From NCBI GenBank assembly GCA_038150265.1, contig JAYOTF010000011.1, positions 19,274 to 83,273 on the forward strand: DNA of 64,000 nucleotides, given 5' to 3'. A program made the translations under genes and the position numbers. Below the pieces are notes generated by a model, which ran no database searches, was not told where the DNA came from, and worked only from the letters and a program-made list of their open reading frames with translations. This DNA is from Deltaproteobacteria bacterium. Its GTDB lineage: Bacteria; SAR324; NAC60-12. Positions within the stretch are counted from its first letter, which is position 1. Each line of letters starts with the position of its first letter. Positions 28,865 to 38,291 of this stretch are shown here, piece by piece.

Positions 28865-29972
28865 ATGTTGAACGAGGAGATCACCAGTAAGATCGACGAG
28901 TTGGCAGAGCGTGTGGAGAGCCTAGAAGGGTATCTTTGAAGTCGCGAGCAAGCGAACGCGGCTGGAAGAGCTAGAGGCCCTCACCACCGAAGACAACTTT
29001 TGGGAACGTCACCAGGACGAGCGAACCCCCATCCTGAAGGAAAAATCCGCGCTTGAGGGCGTGGTTCAGGAGTGGGACCGCGTCCGGGGCATGCGGGACG
29101 ACCTGGAGACCGCGACCGAGCTGTACCGTGAGGAAGAGGATCCGGACCTGCTGCAGGAAATCACCCAGACCAGCCAAAGCCTGGAGACGCAGCTGGATGC
29201 CATGGAAATCCTGGGGCTGTTCTCTGGAGACAACGACACGAGCGATGCCATTGTCACCATTCACCCCGGAGCCGGCGGCACCGAATCCACCGACTGGGCG
29301 TCCATGCTGTACAACATGTACCTCAAGTGGGCCCAGGAAGAGAGCTACAAAACAGAGCTGCTGGACCTCCTTCCTGGCGAAGAGGCGGGCATCAAGTCCG
29401 CGACCTTTGCCGTGAAGGGGCAATACGCCTATGGCAAGCTCAAGGCCGAGGTGGGCGTGCACCGGCTGGTCCGGATTTCTCCATTTGATGCCCAAAAGCG
29501 TCGGCACACGTCGTTTGCGTCGGTGTTTGTCTATGCGGATGTGGATGAGGAGATTGAGATCGACATCCGTCCGGACGAGCTGAAGGTCGATACCTACCGG
29601 GCCAGCGGCGCCGGAGGCCAGCACGTCAATACCACCGACTCAGCCGTGCGCATCACGCACCTGCCTTCCGGAATCGTGGTGCAGTGCCAGAATGAACGGT
29701 CGCAGCACAAGAACCGGGCGACCGCCATGAAGATGCTCAAGGCCCGGCTCTATGACCTCCAGCAGCAGGAGCTGAACAAGGAGAAGGAAGAGGCCAACAG
29801 CAAGAAGCAGGACATCGCCTGGGGCAGTCAGATCCGCAGCTACGTCCTCCATCCCTATCAGATGGTGAAGGATCACCGGACCGGTTGTGAGACCGGAAAC
29901 TCGCAGGCCGTGCTCCAGGGCGGCGCCCTGAACCCCTTCATCAAGGCAGCCCTTTCCCAGAAGGTCTGCTGA
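28865..29972 (+). CDS. prfB: Peptide chain release factor 2, expressed by a programmed +1 frameshift at CTT-TGA (28934-28939)
   Basis: ATG 28865 gives [24 protein letters not shown] then TGA; the +1 frame continues [13 protein letters not shown]... into the ORF carrying SPF (RISPFD) and GGQ (GAGGQHVN). Confidence 0.96.
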
Positions 29973-30014
29973 ATGCCAACGGGCAGCCCCCTGCCCCCCA
30001 AGAGAGAGTCAGAA

Positions 30015-30509
30015 ATGGCCGCAAGTTTTTCCTTTGATATTGTTTGTGAAGTCGATGCCCAGGAGGTCTCCAACGCCGTGGATCAGGCGCAACGGGAGAT
30101 CACCAACCGCTACGACTTCAAGGGCACCAGCTGCGCCATCGACTTTGAACGTGGCGACATGGTCCTCAAGCTCACAGCAGATGATGAGATGAAGCTCGAC
30201 ACCGTCCGCGACATCCTCCTCAGCAAGCTCCTGAAGCGCAACGTTCCGGTGAAGTCCCTGGTCTACGGAAAGGCCGAGCCCTCCGGAAAGGTGCTCAAGC
30301 AGGAGATCACCATTCAGCAGGGCCTGAGCAAGGAGCAGTGCAAGACCCTCAACGTGCTCATCAAGAACACCAAGCTGAAGGTCCAGTCCCAAATTCAGGG
30401 GGAAGCCGTCCGGGTCTCGGGAAAGAGCAAGGACGACCTGCAGAGCATCATGAACGAAATCAAGGCCAAGGACCTGGACTTTGATGTGCAGTTCACGAAC
30501 TACCGCTGA
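30015..30509 (+). CDS. yajQ: YajQ family nucleotide/c-di-GMP-binding protein
   Basis: SFDIV.EVD.QEV.NAVDQA.REI.NRYDFKG; KVQSQIQG..VRVSGKSKDDLQ; ends QFTNYR. Confidence 0.95.
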   Translation: MAASFSFDIVCEVDAQEVSNAVDQAQREITNRYDFKGTSCAIDFERGDMVLKLTADDEMKLDTVRDILLSKLLKRNVPVKSLVYGKAEPSGKVLKQEITIQQGLSKEQCKTLNVLIKNTKLKVQSQIQGEAVRVSGKSKDDLQSIMNEIKAKDLDFDVQFTNYR

Positions 30510-30520
30510 AGAAGGCTCTC

Positions 30521-30555
30521 CGGCTGGCTGCTCTCACAGCTGAGAAGGCCAGCCG
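30521..30555 (+). terminator. Hairpin downstream of yajQ
   Basis: CGGCTGGC...CTCA-cagc-TGAG...GCCAGCCG inverted repeat; no U-tract. Confidence 0.45.
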
Positions 30556-30773
30556 TCAAGATTGCATAAAAGCGCACCAAAATGTCCCAAATTGTTAAGT
30601 TTTGACCGCAATTTCCGGGGTCTTCTTCAAACATCCCCTGCAATATCAAAACGTTAACTTTTTGACCGCCTCCCAACTCCTCCGAATTTTCAACCGCACC
30701 CCCTCATTGCTTTTCTGACACAGATCAGGGAAGATAACAGTTCGCATTCGCAGGATAGGTGGCATCAGGTCTG

Positions 30774-30797
30774 TGCCGGGGTCAATTGACCCCGGCA
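30774..30797. terminator. Perfect 24-bp palindrome downstream of the NCS2 permease
   Basis: TGCCGGGGTCAATTGACCCCGGCA, 8 nt after the minus-strand stop. Confidence 0.55.
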
Positions 30798-30805
30798 GCG
30801 CGGGA

Positions 30806-32125
30806 TCAGTCTTCTTCAGGGAGCAGCAGGTTCAGCAGAATCGAGATGATGGCGACCGGCAACAGTCCGGAGGTCATCAGCACCTTGAGGTTCGCGGGCA
30901 CATGTTGCAGGGCAGAAGGAACCGACTGCAGCCCCAGTCCCACCGAAAGCGCCACCGCCAGAATCACCATGTTGCGGCGGCTCCACTTGACGTCGCTGAG
31001 GATGTTCAGTCCGGCGCTCACGACCATCCCAAACATCACGATCACGCCTCCTCCCAGCACCGAGATCGGCATGGACGCAATGATGGCCCCGATCTTGGGC
31101 ACCAGCCCGCAGATGATGAGGAACACGCCTCCAATGGTGACAATGGTGCGACTCATCACCCCCGTCAAGGAAATGAGTCCGACGTTCTGACTGAAGGACG
31201 TATTGGGCAAGCCTCCGAAGATGCCGGCAATCGCGGTTCCAAGTCCGTCGGCAAAGGTCCCCCCACTGAGTTCGCGGTTGGTCGCTTCACGGTTCGCTCC
31301 GCCCTTGGTGATTCCGGAGATGTCCCCAACGGTCTCAATCGCACTCACCACCGCCATCAGGCACATCCCGATCACGGCTGCAGCATTGATCTCAAAGCCG
31401 TACTTGAACGGCACCGGGACCTCAAACCAGCCCGCCCGGGCGATGCCCCCAAAGTTCACTTCTCCCAGCAGCATGGCCACCAGGTAGCCGGCAACCAGTC
31501 CGACCAGAATCGCTGCGCTCGAGAGGACGCCCTTCGAGGAAAACTTCACCCCCAGGGCCACAACCACCACCGTCAGCGCCATGGTCCAGTTGGTCAAGCT
31601 TCCAAATTCCGGTTTCCCCATGAGGGGGACCCCGCCTGCGGCATACTGAATGCCCACCGGAATCAGGGCCAAACCAATGGCCATCACCACCACACCCGTG
31701 ACCAGAGGCGGTAGCCAGTTCCGGATCTTGCTGATGACGGTTCCCAGCAGCGTGTGAAAGACCCCGCCCAGGAAAATGGCGCCAAAGAGCGCTCCCATGC
31801 CCGCCGTTTTCACAATCGGGATCATCACGGGAATGAACGCAAAGCTGGTCCCCTGCATCACGGGCAGGCGGGCGCCAACGGGTCCGATGCCGACCGTCTG
31901 AAAGAGGGTCGCAATGCCGGCAAACAGCATCGACATCTGGATCAGGAAGACGAGGTCGGGAGAGCCGAAACTGTATCCGGCCGCCAGCCCCACGATAATT
32001 GCCGGTGTGAAGTTGCTCACAAACATGGCAAGGACGTGCTGCAGTCCCAAGGGAATGGCCTTGGAAAGCGGGGGCACAAAGTCTGGATCCCTTAGCTGTT
32101 CGGGGGTGATGGTGTCGTTACTCAT
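30806..32125 (-). CDS. Nucleobase:cation symporter-2 (xanthine/uric acid permease)
   Basis: GLQHVLAMF, GARLPVMQGTSFAF, NAT signature TSFSQNVGLISLTG; RBS AGGAG. Confidence 0.95.
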   Translation of the reverse strand: MSNDTITPEQLRDPDFVPPLSKAIPLGLQHVLAMFVSNFTPAIIVGLAAGYSFGSPDLVFLIQMSMLFAGIATLFQTVGIGPVGARLPVMQGTSFAFIPVMIPIVKTAGMGALFGAIFLGGVFHTLLGTVISKIRNWLPPLVTGVVVMAIGLALIPVGIQYAAGGVPLMGKPEFGSLTNWTMALTVVVVALGVKFSSKGVLSSAAILVGLVAGYLVAMLLGEVNFGGIARAGWFEVPVPFKYGFEINAAAVIGMCLMAVVSAIETVGDISGITKGGANREATNRELSGGTFADGLGTAIAGIFGGLPNTSFSQNVGLISLTGVMSRTIVTIGGVFLIICGLVPKIGAIIASMPISVLGGGVIVMFGMVVSAGLNILSDVKWSRRNMVILAVALSVGLGLQSVPSALQHVPANLKVLMTSGLLPVAIISILLNLLLPEED

Positions 32126-32245
32126 TGTCAATCTCCTGAAGCGGGAGGTTTCAAGGAGCGCACTGACGGGGGAGCGAGCCAGAAGCGATTCCCAGAATGA
32201 TGAGCCTGGGGACAGGCTCGGACAGGTGCCTTGCGGCACAAAAAC

Positions 32246-32755
32246 TCATGGAGGCGGCAAAAGGAGCTTCTCCAGTCGCAGGTGGGTGATCTGGATCTGT
32301 TCCGCTGCTGCGGTGCCCAGCTCCTGCTGGCGATCCGATCCCAGCCGCGCGGTGAGGAGGGTCAGCAGCTCCGTCGCTGATTTTCCGGAGGCACAGACGA
32401 TGTAGATGAAGCCGAACTTCTGTTCATACTCGGCATTCTTCAAGGCCATCTCCGCCTTGATCCGTTCATCAGCACTCTGCATGCCTGCCTGCTCTCGGGA
32501 GGTCCAGGAGGCGGTGTTTTGTGCCACCTCCGGAGGCTTGCTGGCGCCAATGCGAGGGTGTGCCGCAAAGGCCTCCAGCCAGTCGGCTTCTTCCATCTGC
32601 TGCCAAACGGCCTCCGCTTGCTCGTGCAGGGCCTCGGCGCTGGCAAAGGGCCGGCACGCCAGCATGCCAGCCACCCAGCGCTGCGCTCCGCAGCACTTCT
32701 GCAGCGCTTCCGCACAGGCGGCGTCCGGAAGCGCGTTCAGTTCCTCAATCGTCAT
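32246..32755 (-). CDS. uraD: OHCU decarboxylase
   Basis: LEAFAAHPRIG, S.REQAG, NAEYEQKFGFIYIVCASGKS, EQIQITHLRL. Confidence 0.93.
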   Translation of the reverse strand: MTIEELNALPDAACAEALQKCCGAQRWVAGMLACRPFASAEALHEQAEAVWQQMEEADWLEAFAAHPRIGASKPPEVAQNTASWTSREQAGMQSADERIKAEMALKNAEYEQKFGFIYIVCASGKSATELLTLLTARLGSDRQQELGTAAAEQIQITHLRLEKLLLPPP

Positions 32756-34179
32756 CAGTTTCGTCGTGCCTCTACAATTTTCCGGAAGGACCCGGCCTGG
32801 ATTTCTTCCACTGTCACGCCAGCGGCTTCCACATCTTCCGGATCAATGGCCCCGGAATTCAGGGCTCGGAAGAAGAAGTTCAGCAGCCCCTGTCCGGTGG
32901 CCGCATCATCAAAGACGTCTCCACTCAGGGTCGCCTTGGACGCCTGTTCCACAAAGTTCCTCAGCCGGGTGGTCGACTCCTGAACCTGCTCCAGGAAGAA
33001 CGCCGCACACGCCGCATACCGTACGGGAATTTGCGCCGGATGCAAGTCCCATCCCTGATAAAATCCATGAGCCAGGGAGCGCCGGACGTGTCCGTAGCTG
33101 AGCCGCCACGCTCGGTGGACGGTCTCCAGGTTTTCCCGGACCTGCACCGGCGACAGGGAGTCTCCCCGGTGTGGCGCCACGGGCATGATGTTCGTTGCGC
33201 CGTCGGACAGAAAGATTCCCGTGCCACCAAACGCCACCTTCATGACGTGCCGAGCGAAGTCACACACGGCACTGTCCATCTTCTGGTAGGCGGCAATGAG
33301 GTCGCAGGACGCGGTGTAGTCGTAGGTCCCGAAGTGTGCCCCAATGCAGCGACCGCGCGCCGCGTTGGCAATCTTCCGGGCGGTGACTTCTCCGTTCGCA
33401 TTGAAGACCGACTGCGTGGTCTCGATCATCACTTCCATCTTCAGGGTCCCCGGGGCCAGGCCCTTTTCGGCTTCAAACACCTCAAACAGCTCCACCAGCG
33501 CCGCGGCTTGCTCCGGAACCTCCACCTTCGGCAGCGTCACCACAAAGTTTTCCGGAAGCGCCCCTCCGGATTCTTCCAGCAGCGTGCTGAGGAACAGGTC
33601 CAGCGTCCGGATGCCCCGGTCGGAAAACTCGCGGTTGAACGGCTTGATGCGGATGCCAATGAAGGGGGGCAAGAGGCCCTGCTTCATGCCAGAGACCACC
33701 TCCTTGGCGCCCTGCACCGCAACGGCGTCTTCCTCCTCATCCGGACGGATGCCGAAGCCATCTTCGTAGTCGAGCCGGAAGTCTTCCACCGCCTCGCGTT
33801 CCAGCTTCTTGACCACCTGGGCATACACGCGCCACGCCAGCCACACCGGTTGATTGGCCGGAGAAACGCCCCGGTCTTCGACATCCTGCACCAGGGCTTC
33901 TACCTCGCTCTGGCGGGTCGGCAGCGTCTCGGCTCCAGCAAGTCCGAGCGCCTGCGCAAACACAACAAAGTTTGGAGCGTAGTCCTGCAGATTCCGGATG
34001 GCAAGTGTTCCCATCTTGGCGGCCAATTCCGCCTTGAAGAGGTGGGCGCCTCCGTAGATCGTGTGCACCGGTTGGCGGGCGAGGGACTTGCCCGGGTAGT
34101 CGAGGTTGAACTGCTGGTTGGCTTCAGACAGACGGCTCAGCGTGGAGCCAATGCGTTCGGGAGTAAGCGTTCGCGTCAT
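32755..34179 (-). CDS. CitE/HpcH/malate-synthase superfamily enzyme (DUF6986-like)
   Basis: RQPVHTIYGGAHLF, EDFRLDYEDGFG, IRIKPF, TLPKV, VMIET, HFGTYDYTAS, QGWDLHPAQ. Confidence 0.8.
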   Translation of the reverse strand: MTRTLTPERIGSTLSRLSEANQQFNLDYPGKSLARQPVHTIYGGAHLFKAELAAKMGTLAIRNLQDYAPNFVVFAQALGLAGAETLPTRQSEVEALVQDVEDRGVSPANQPVWLAWRVYAQVVKKLEREAVEDFRLDYEDGFGIRPDEEEDAVAVQGAKEVVSGMKQGLLPPFIGIRIKPFNREFSDRGIRTLDLFLSTLLEESGGALPENFVVTLPKVEVPEQAAALVELFEVFEAEKGLAPGTLKMEVMIETTQSVFNANGEVTARKIANAARGRCIGAHFGTYDYTASCDLIAAYQKMDSAVCDFARHVMKVAFGGTGIFLSDGATNIMPVAPHRGDSLSPVQVRENLETVHRAWRLSYGHVRRSLAHGFYQGWDLHPAQIPVRYAACAAFFLEQVQESTTRLRNFVEQASKATLSGDVFDDAATGQGLLNFFFRALNSGAIDPEDVEAAGVTVEEIQAGSFRKIVEARRN

Positions 34180-34204
34180 AACAGTCTCGGTTGGGAAAAA
34201 AGAG

Positions 34205-35218
34205 TTAAATGGCCTTGGTGCCAAGGATGCGCAAGCGACTGACCCCCCCATCTGGGTAGATGCTGAGGCGGATGTGCGTCACGGGGCCGAGCTCCTCGAG
34301 CTCTTCCTCAAAGAAGTGCTGGGCATCGGCCTCCAGCTTCACTTCCGTGAGCAGGGGCCTCCACGGCAGGTCTGCCGCCTCCCAGCTCTCGGGGTTCATG
34401 CCCTCCGGAAGGTTGAGGGCTTCCAGGCTGCAGCGGTCCGGGTAGTTGCCCTTGAAGTGGGCGGTGTCGACTTCCACTTTCTGGACAAACCCGGCACAGG
34501 CGAGGCGGAGGATGGCCCAGTCGTTTCCGGGTTCGCGGCGCCGGCGGGTTTCCCAACCGTCTCCCATGTTGATGCCGCGTCCGGGAGCCACCAGGTTGTC
34601 CATGTGCCCAAAGTGCTGGTCGTTGCAGGCGAGGGCCTTGCCTCCGAGGCGGGACGACGCCAGGTCGATCACCTCGTCCAGGCCAATGGCCTTCCAGTCC
34701 ACCGAAGGTTCCCCATACACCCGCAGGCGCGCCACGCCTCCGTCGGGGTAGATGTGCAGGCGGATGTGGGTCCAGCGCTGGGAGTTCTTGATCTCAAAGA
34801 AGTTTTGGGTGTTCCCCTCCAGTGGCGACTTGGGGAGCAGCTCCGTCCAGGTGGTCGACTCATCCGGATCGCCCGCAAGCTCACAGGCTTCAACCGAAGC
34901 AAACGGAGGGAAGTTCCCCGTGAAGTGATTGGTGTCAATGTCGAGCGCATGGATGCGTCCGGGCGCGCCCAGGCGGAGGGTGCACCAGTCGTGTCCGGGA
35001 GTGCGCTTGCGGCGTGACTCCCAGCCATCCATCCACTTGCCGTGGTCATCAAACTTTCCCGGAATGAAGATGCCCCGTCCGGGCTTGATGAGGTTTTCCT
35101 TGGCGGCAAAGAAGTCATCCGTGGCATCCAGCACGACCGTATCCAGCCGCTCTTCGGCCAGGTTGAGGAAGCGTTGGGAGTAGCGATCGTCGTGCGGGTT
35201 TTCAATAAAGAGTTCCAT
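34205..35218 (-). CDS. alc: Allantoicase
   Basis: Two allantoicase repeats: MDGWESRRKR...DTNHFTGN...IYPDGGVARLR and GDGWETRRRR...DTAHFKGNYP...PDGGVSRLR. Confidence 0.96.
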   Translation of the reverse strand: MELFIENPHDDRYSQRFLNLAEERLDTVVLDATDDFFAAKENLIKPGRGIFIPGKFDDHGKWMDGWESRRKRTPGHDWCTLRLGAPGRIHALDIDTNHFTGNFPPFASVEACELAGDPDESTTWTELLPKSPLEGNTQNFFEIKNSQRWTHIRLHIYPDGGVARLRVYGEPSVDWKAIGLDEVIDLASSRLGGKALACNDQHFGHMDNLVAPGRGINMGDGWETRRRREPGNDWAILRLACAGFVQKVEVDTAHFKGNYPDRCSLEALNLPEGMNPESWEAADLPWRPLLTEVKLEADAQHFFEEELEELGPVTHIRLSIYPDGGVSRLRILGTKAI

Positions 35219-35224
35219 AGGGGC

Positions 35225-35911
35225 TCAGCTGAAGTATTCCGGATGTTGATGCTGAAGGGTTTCGATGTGCGACAGCACATCGGTGAGGTGCTTCTGGAGG
35301 GCCTGTGCCGCCTGCTCCGGATGATGGGCGGCAATGGCTTCAAAGAGCGCGCGGTGCTGGTGAACGATTTGCTCCAGGTACTGCGGCAGGGCGTACGTCA
35401 GGACCCGGACTCGGTCCAGCTGCAGCTTGGCGCTGTCGATGACGCGCCAGACCTTCTCCGAGTGCCCGACCCCGGCAATGAGGCGGTGAAACTCCTGATC
35501 CAGCCGGTACAGCTCCTCGGTGTTCGCACGCTCCAGGCAAAACTGCTGGTTCCGGAGGTTGAACTCCAGGGCTTCCACCTGCTCGGCAGCAATCGACTCG
35601 GCAGCATGCTGCACCGTTGCAGCCTCCATCGTCATCCGGATGAAGTGATCTTCTCGGACGTCCTGCAGGTTGATCCGAGACACAAAGGTGCCCCGCTGCG
35701 GCAGAATCTCCACCAGGCCTTCGTAACTCAAGCGCTGGCAGGCTTCCCGAATCGGAGTCCGGGACACCCCAAAACGCTGGCAGAGGTCCTTCTCCGGAAT
35801 CGCTTCCCCCGGACGAAGCTGAAACCCAATGATCTCTTCACGCAAGATTGCATGAATCTGCTCCACCGTGTTCTGGCGGGGGTTCAGCTTCAACGCAGGA
35901 ACCGATGACAC
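35225..35911 (-). CDS. GntR (FadR/FCD) family transcriptional regulator
   Basis: LRPGEAIPEKDLCQRFGVSRTPIREA; FCD DQEFH...HQHRALFEAI; GTG start after AGGAG. Confidence 0.92.
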   Translation of the reverse strand: MSSVPALKLNPRQNTVEQIHAILREEIIGFQLRPGEAIPEKDLCQRFGVSRTPIREACQRLSYEGLVEILPQRGTFVSRINLQDVREDHFIRMTMEAATVQHAAESIAAEQVEALEFNLRNQQFCLERANTEELYRLDQEFHRLIAGVGHSEKVWRVIDSAKLQLDRVRVLTYALPQYLEQIVHQHRALFEAIAAHHPEQAAQALQKHLTDVLSHIETLQHQHPEYFS

Positions 35912-35970
35912 AGCGCTCCTCCCAACTCCAAGCAACTCGTTCACAGAATCAAGTAACAATTTTCTTGATA

Positions 35971-36019
35971 CTTGTATACTAGTTTGTAACGATTATGCCC
36001 AGTTTCCGCTGCTTGTCAA
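35971..36019 (-). promoter_or_regulatory. Sigma-70 promoter TTGACA-N16-CATAAT with a downstream near-palindrome CTTGTATACTAG (35971-35982), candidate GntR operator
   Basis: Seen directly; a TGTATAC-type core is typical of FadR-subfamily sites; adjacent to the GntR gene. Confidence 0.6.
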
Positions 36020-36051
36020 GGGTTCCGTGCAGGAAGAATGAAATCGGGGGC

Positions 36052-36957
36052 TCAGGGGCGATGATGCGTGTGCCAGTGCTGGGCGATCTCGGCGCGTTGA
36101 CAGAGCCACACACGGTCGTGTCCCTGCACGTAGTCGAGAAACCGGGCCAGGGCGGCTGCCCGTCCGGGACGTCCCACCAGCCGGCAGTGCAGGCCAACGC
36201 TCATCATTTTGGGAGCGGTTGCTCCTTCGGCATACAGGGTATCGAAGGAATCCTTGAGGTAGGTGAAGAACTGGTCTCCGGAGTTGAAGCCCTGGTTGGT
36301 GGCAAAGCGCATGTCGTTCGCATCCAGCGTGTAGGGCACAATGAGGTGGGGCTTGCCCTCCAGGCCCTCGACCCAGTAAGGTAGGTCGTCGGCATAGGAG
36401 TCCGCATCATAAAGCAGGTCTCCGGCTTCTTCGAGGAGGATCCGACGGGTGTTGGGTCCGGTCCGTCCGATGTACCAGCCGAGAGGAGCCGAGCCGGTGA
36501 CGCGGGTGTGAACCTCCAGGGCCTGGCGAATGTGGGCGCGTTCCTCGGCTTCCGGAAGGTACTGGTAGTCAATCCATCGGTAGCCGTGTGAGGCGATCTC
36601 CCAGCCGGCTTCCTGCATGCCCGCCACGGCTTCCGGGTTGCGCTCCAGGGCCATGGCGACGCCATAGACGGTGACCGGGATCTGGCGTTCCGTGAAGAGG
36701 CGGTGGAGCCGCCAGAAGCCCGCGCGGCTGCCAAACTCGTAGATCGATTCCATGTTCATGTGGCGGACGCCTTCCAGGGCCTGAGCGCCAACGATTTCGG
36801 AGAGAAACGCTTCAGAGGCGCGGTCTCCGTGCAGGATGCAGTTTTCACCACCTTCCTCGTAATTGATCACAAACTGCACGGCAACTCGGGCGTCCCCCGG
36901 CCACTGTGGGTGAGGCGTGTGGCGTCCGTAACCAATCATGTCTCGTGGATACGTCAT
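36052..36957 (-). CDS. puuE: Allantoinase PuuE (polysaccharide deacetylase fold)
   Basis: YPRDMIGYG, VQFVINYEEGGE, ESIYEFGSRAGFWR, MMSVGLHCRLVGRPGR. Confidence 0.95.
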   Translation of the reverse strand: MTYPRDMIGYGRHTPHPQWPGDARVAVQFVINYEEGGENCILHGDRASEAFLSEIVGAQALEGVRHMNMESIYEFGSRAGFWRLHRLFTERQIPVTVYGVAMALERNPEAVAGMQEAGWEIASHGYRWIDYQYLPEAEERAHIRQALEVHTRVTGSAPLGWYIGRTGPNTRRILLEEAGDLLYDADSYADDLPYWVEGLEGKPHLIVPYTLDANDMRFATNQGFNSGDQFFTYLKDSFDTLYAEGATAPKMMSVGLHCRLVGRPGRAAALARFLDYVQGHDRVWLCQRAEIAQHWHTHHRP

Positions 36958-37094
36958 GAGAGTGTCCTTTCTGGTTGAGAGTAAAAAAAGCTGTGAGGAG
37001 AGTATCCGCAATCGTTCCTGACGTGCAACTAAAATTGCGTCCGGACGAGGCCACGTCTCCTCACCCCCTGAACCACCCTTAACGAGTGACTGCT

Positions 37095-38291
37095 ATGGAA
37101 ACCTACTTGCTGGACTGGGCCAACCTGCTCATCCGTTGGCTGCACCTCATTGCCGGCATCGCCTGGATCGGCTCGTCCTTCTACTTTGTGATGCTGGACC
37201 TCTCGCTGCAGCCTCCGAAGAAGCCAGAGGACGCGGCGCGTGGGGTTTCCGGCGAGCTCTGGGCGGTTCATGGCGGAGGGTTTTACGTCAGCCAGAAGTT
37301 CATGACTGGCCCCAAGGGGGAGCCCCTGAGCGACAACCTGCACTGGACGAAGTACGAGTCCTACACCACCTTGCTGTCTGGACTGGCCCTGATGGCGATC
37401 ATCTACTGGTTTGGTGCCAACTCGTACCTGATTGACCCGCGGGTGATGGAGTTGACGCAGACGCAGGCGATTGGCCTCAGCGTGGCCTTCCTGATCGGTG
37501 GGTGGGTCGTCTACGACGGCCTGTGCCGCCTCCTCGTGGGAAAGGACACCCTGCTGGCGGCAGTGGTGTTTGTCTTCATCATGGCGGCCAACTACGCCCT
37601 CTTCCACCTCTTCAGCGCACGAGCCGCCTTTCTGCATGTGGGGGCCATGATGGGCGTGTCGATGGTGGCCAACGTGTACTTTCACATCATTCCGGGCCAG
37701 GAGAAGATGGTGGGGCAGATTCGCCGCGGTGAAGAGGTGGACCCCACCCCCGGAATCATCGGCAAGCAGCGTTCGGTGCACAACACGTACTTCACGCTTC
37801 CGGTGCTGTTCATCATGATCAGCAACCACTACCCGATGACCTACAGCCACGAAATGGGGTGGCTGGTGCTGGGCCTGATCATGATGGCTGGGGTGCTGGT
37901 GCGGCAGTTCTTTGTGCTCCGGCACACCGGAAACGTCCAGTGGTGGCTTCCGGTTGCAGGCAGCGCGTTGATCGTGGCGGTGATCGTGTGGCTCCAGCCC
38001 GCCACCATCGATGGCTCCGCGCATCCGCAGGTGAGCATGACCCAGCTGCAGGGCGTCCTCAACCAGCGCTGCACCGTGTGCCATGCGGCTCAGCCCACGC
38101 AGCCCGGTTTTGCCCAGCCGCCCAAGGGCGTGATGCTGGAAACCGCCACCCAGATTCAGCAGCATGCGCCCAAGATCGCGGAGACGGTTGCGAGCGGGTA
38201 CATGCCCCTTGGAAACCTGACGGGCATCACCGATGACGAACGGCAACTGATTGCCACCTGGTACGCCCAGTTCACTGCAGCTTCCAACTGA
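37095..38291 (+). CDS. puuD: Urate hydroxylase PuuD (membrane domain plus cytochrome c)
   Basis: RWLHLIAGIAWIGSSFYF, WAVHGGGFY, KQRSVHNTYFTLPV, SNHYP; C-terminal CTVCH heme motif. Confidence 0.95.
   Translation: METYLLDWANLLIRWLHLIAGIAWIGSSFYFVMLDLSLQPPKKPEDAARGVSGELWAVHGGGFYVSQKFMTGPKGEPLSDNLHWTKYESYTTLLSGLALMAIIYWFGANSYLIDPRVMELTQTQAIGLSVAFLIGGWVVYDGLCRLLVGKDTLLAAVVFVFIMAANYALFHLFSARAAFLHVGAMMGVSMVANVYFHIIPGQEKMVGQIRRGEEVDPTPGIIGKQRSVHNTYFTLPVLFIMISNHYPMTYSHEMGWLVLGLIMMAGVLVRQFFVLRHTGNVQWWLPVAGSALIVAVIVWLQPATIDGSAHPQVSMTQLQGVLNQRCTVCHAAQPTQPGFAQPPKGVMLETATQIQQHAPKIAETVASGYMPLGNLTGITDDERQLIATWYAQFTAASN

Noticed and set aside
28865..28939. Apparent premature stop or pseudogene at the start of prfB
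   Set aside because: It is the known programmed +1 frameshift site.
30561..30601. Possible dif site or NtrC box (TGCATAA...TTGTTAAGT; GCACCAAAATG)
   Set aside because: The XerC/XerD-like arms are far more than 6 bp apart; the NtrC match is only a half-site and I found no sigma-54 promoter nearby.
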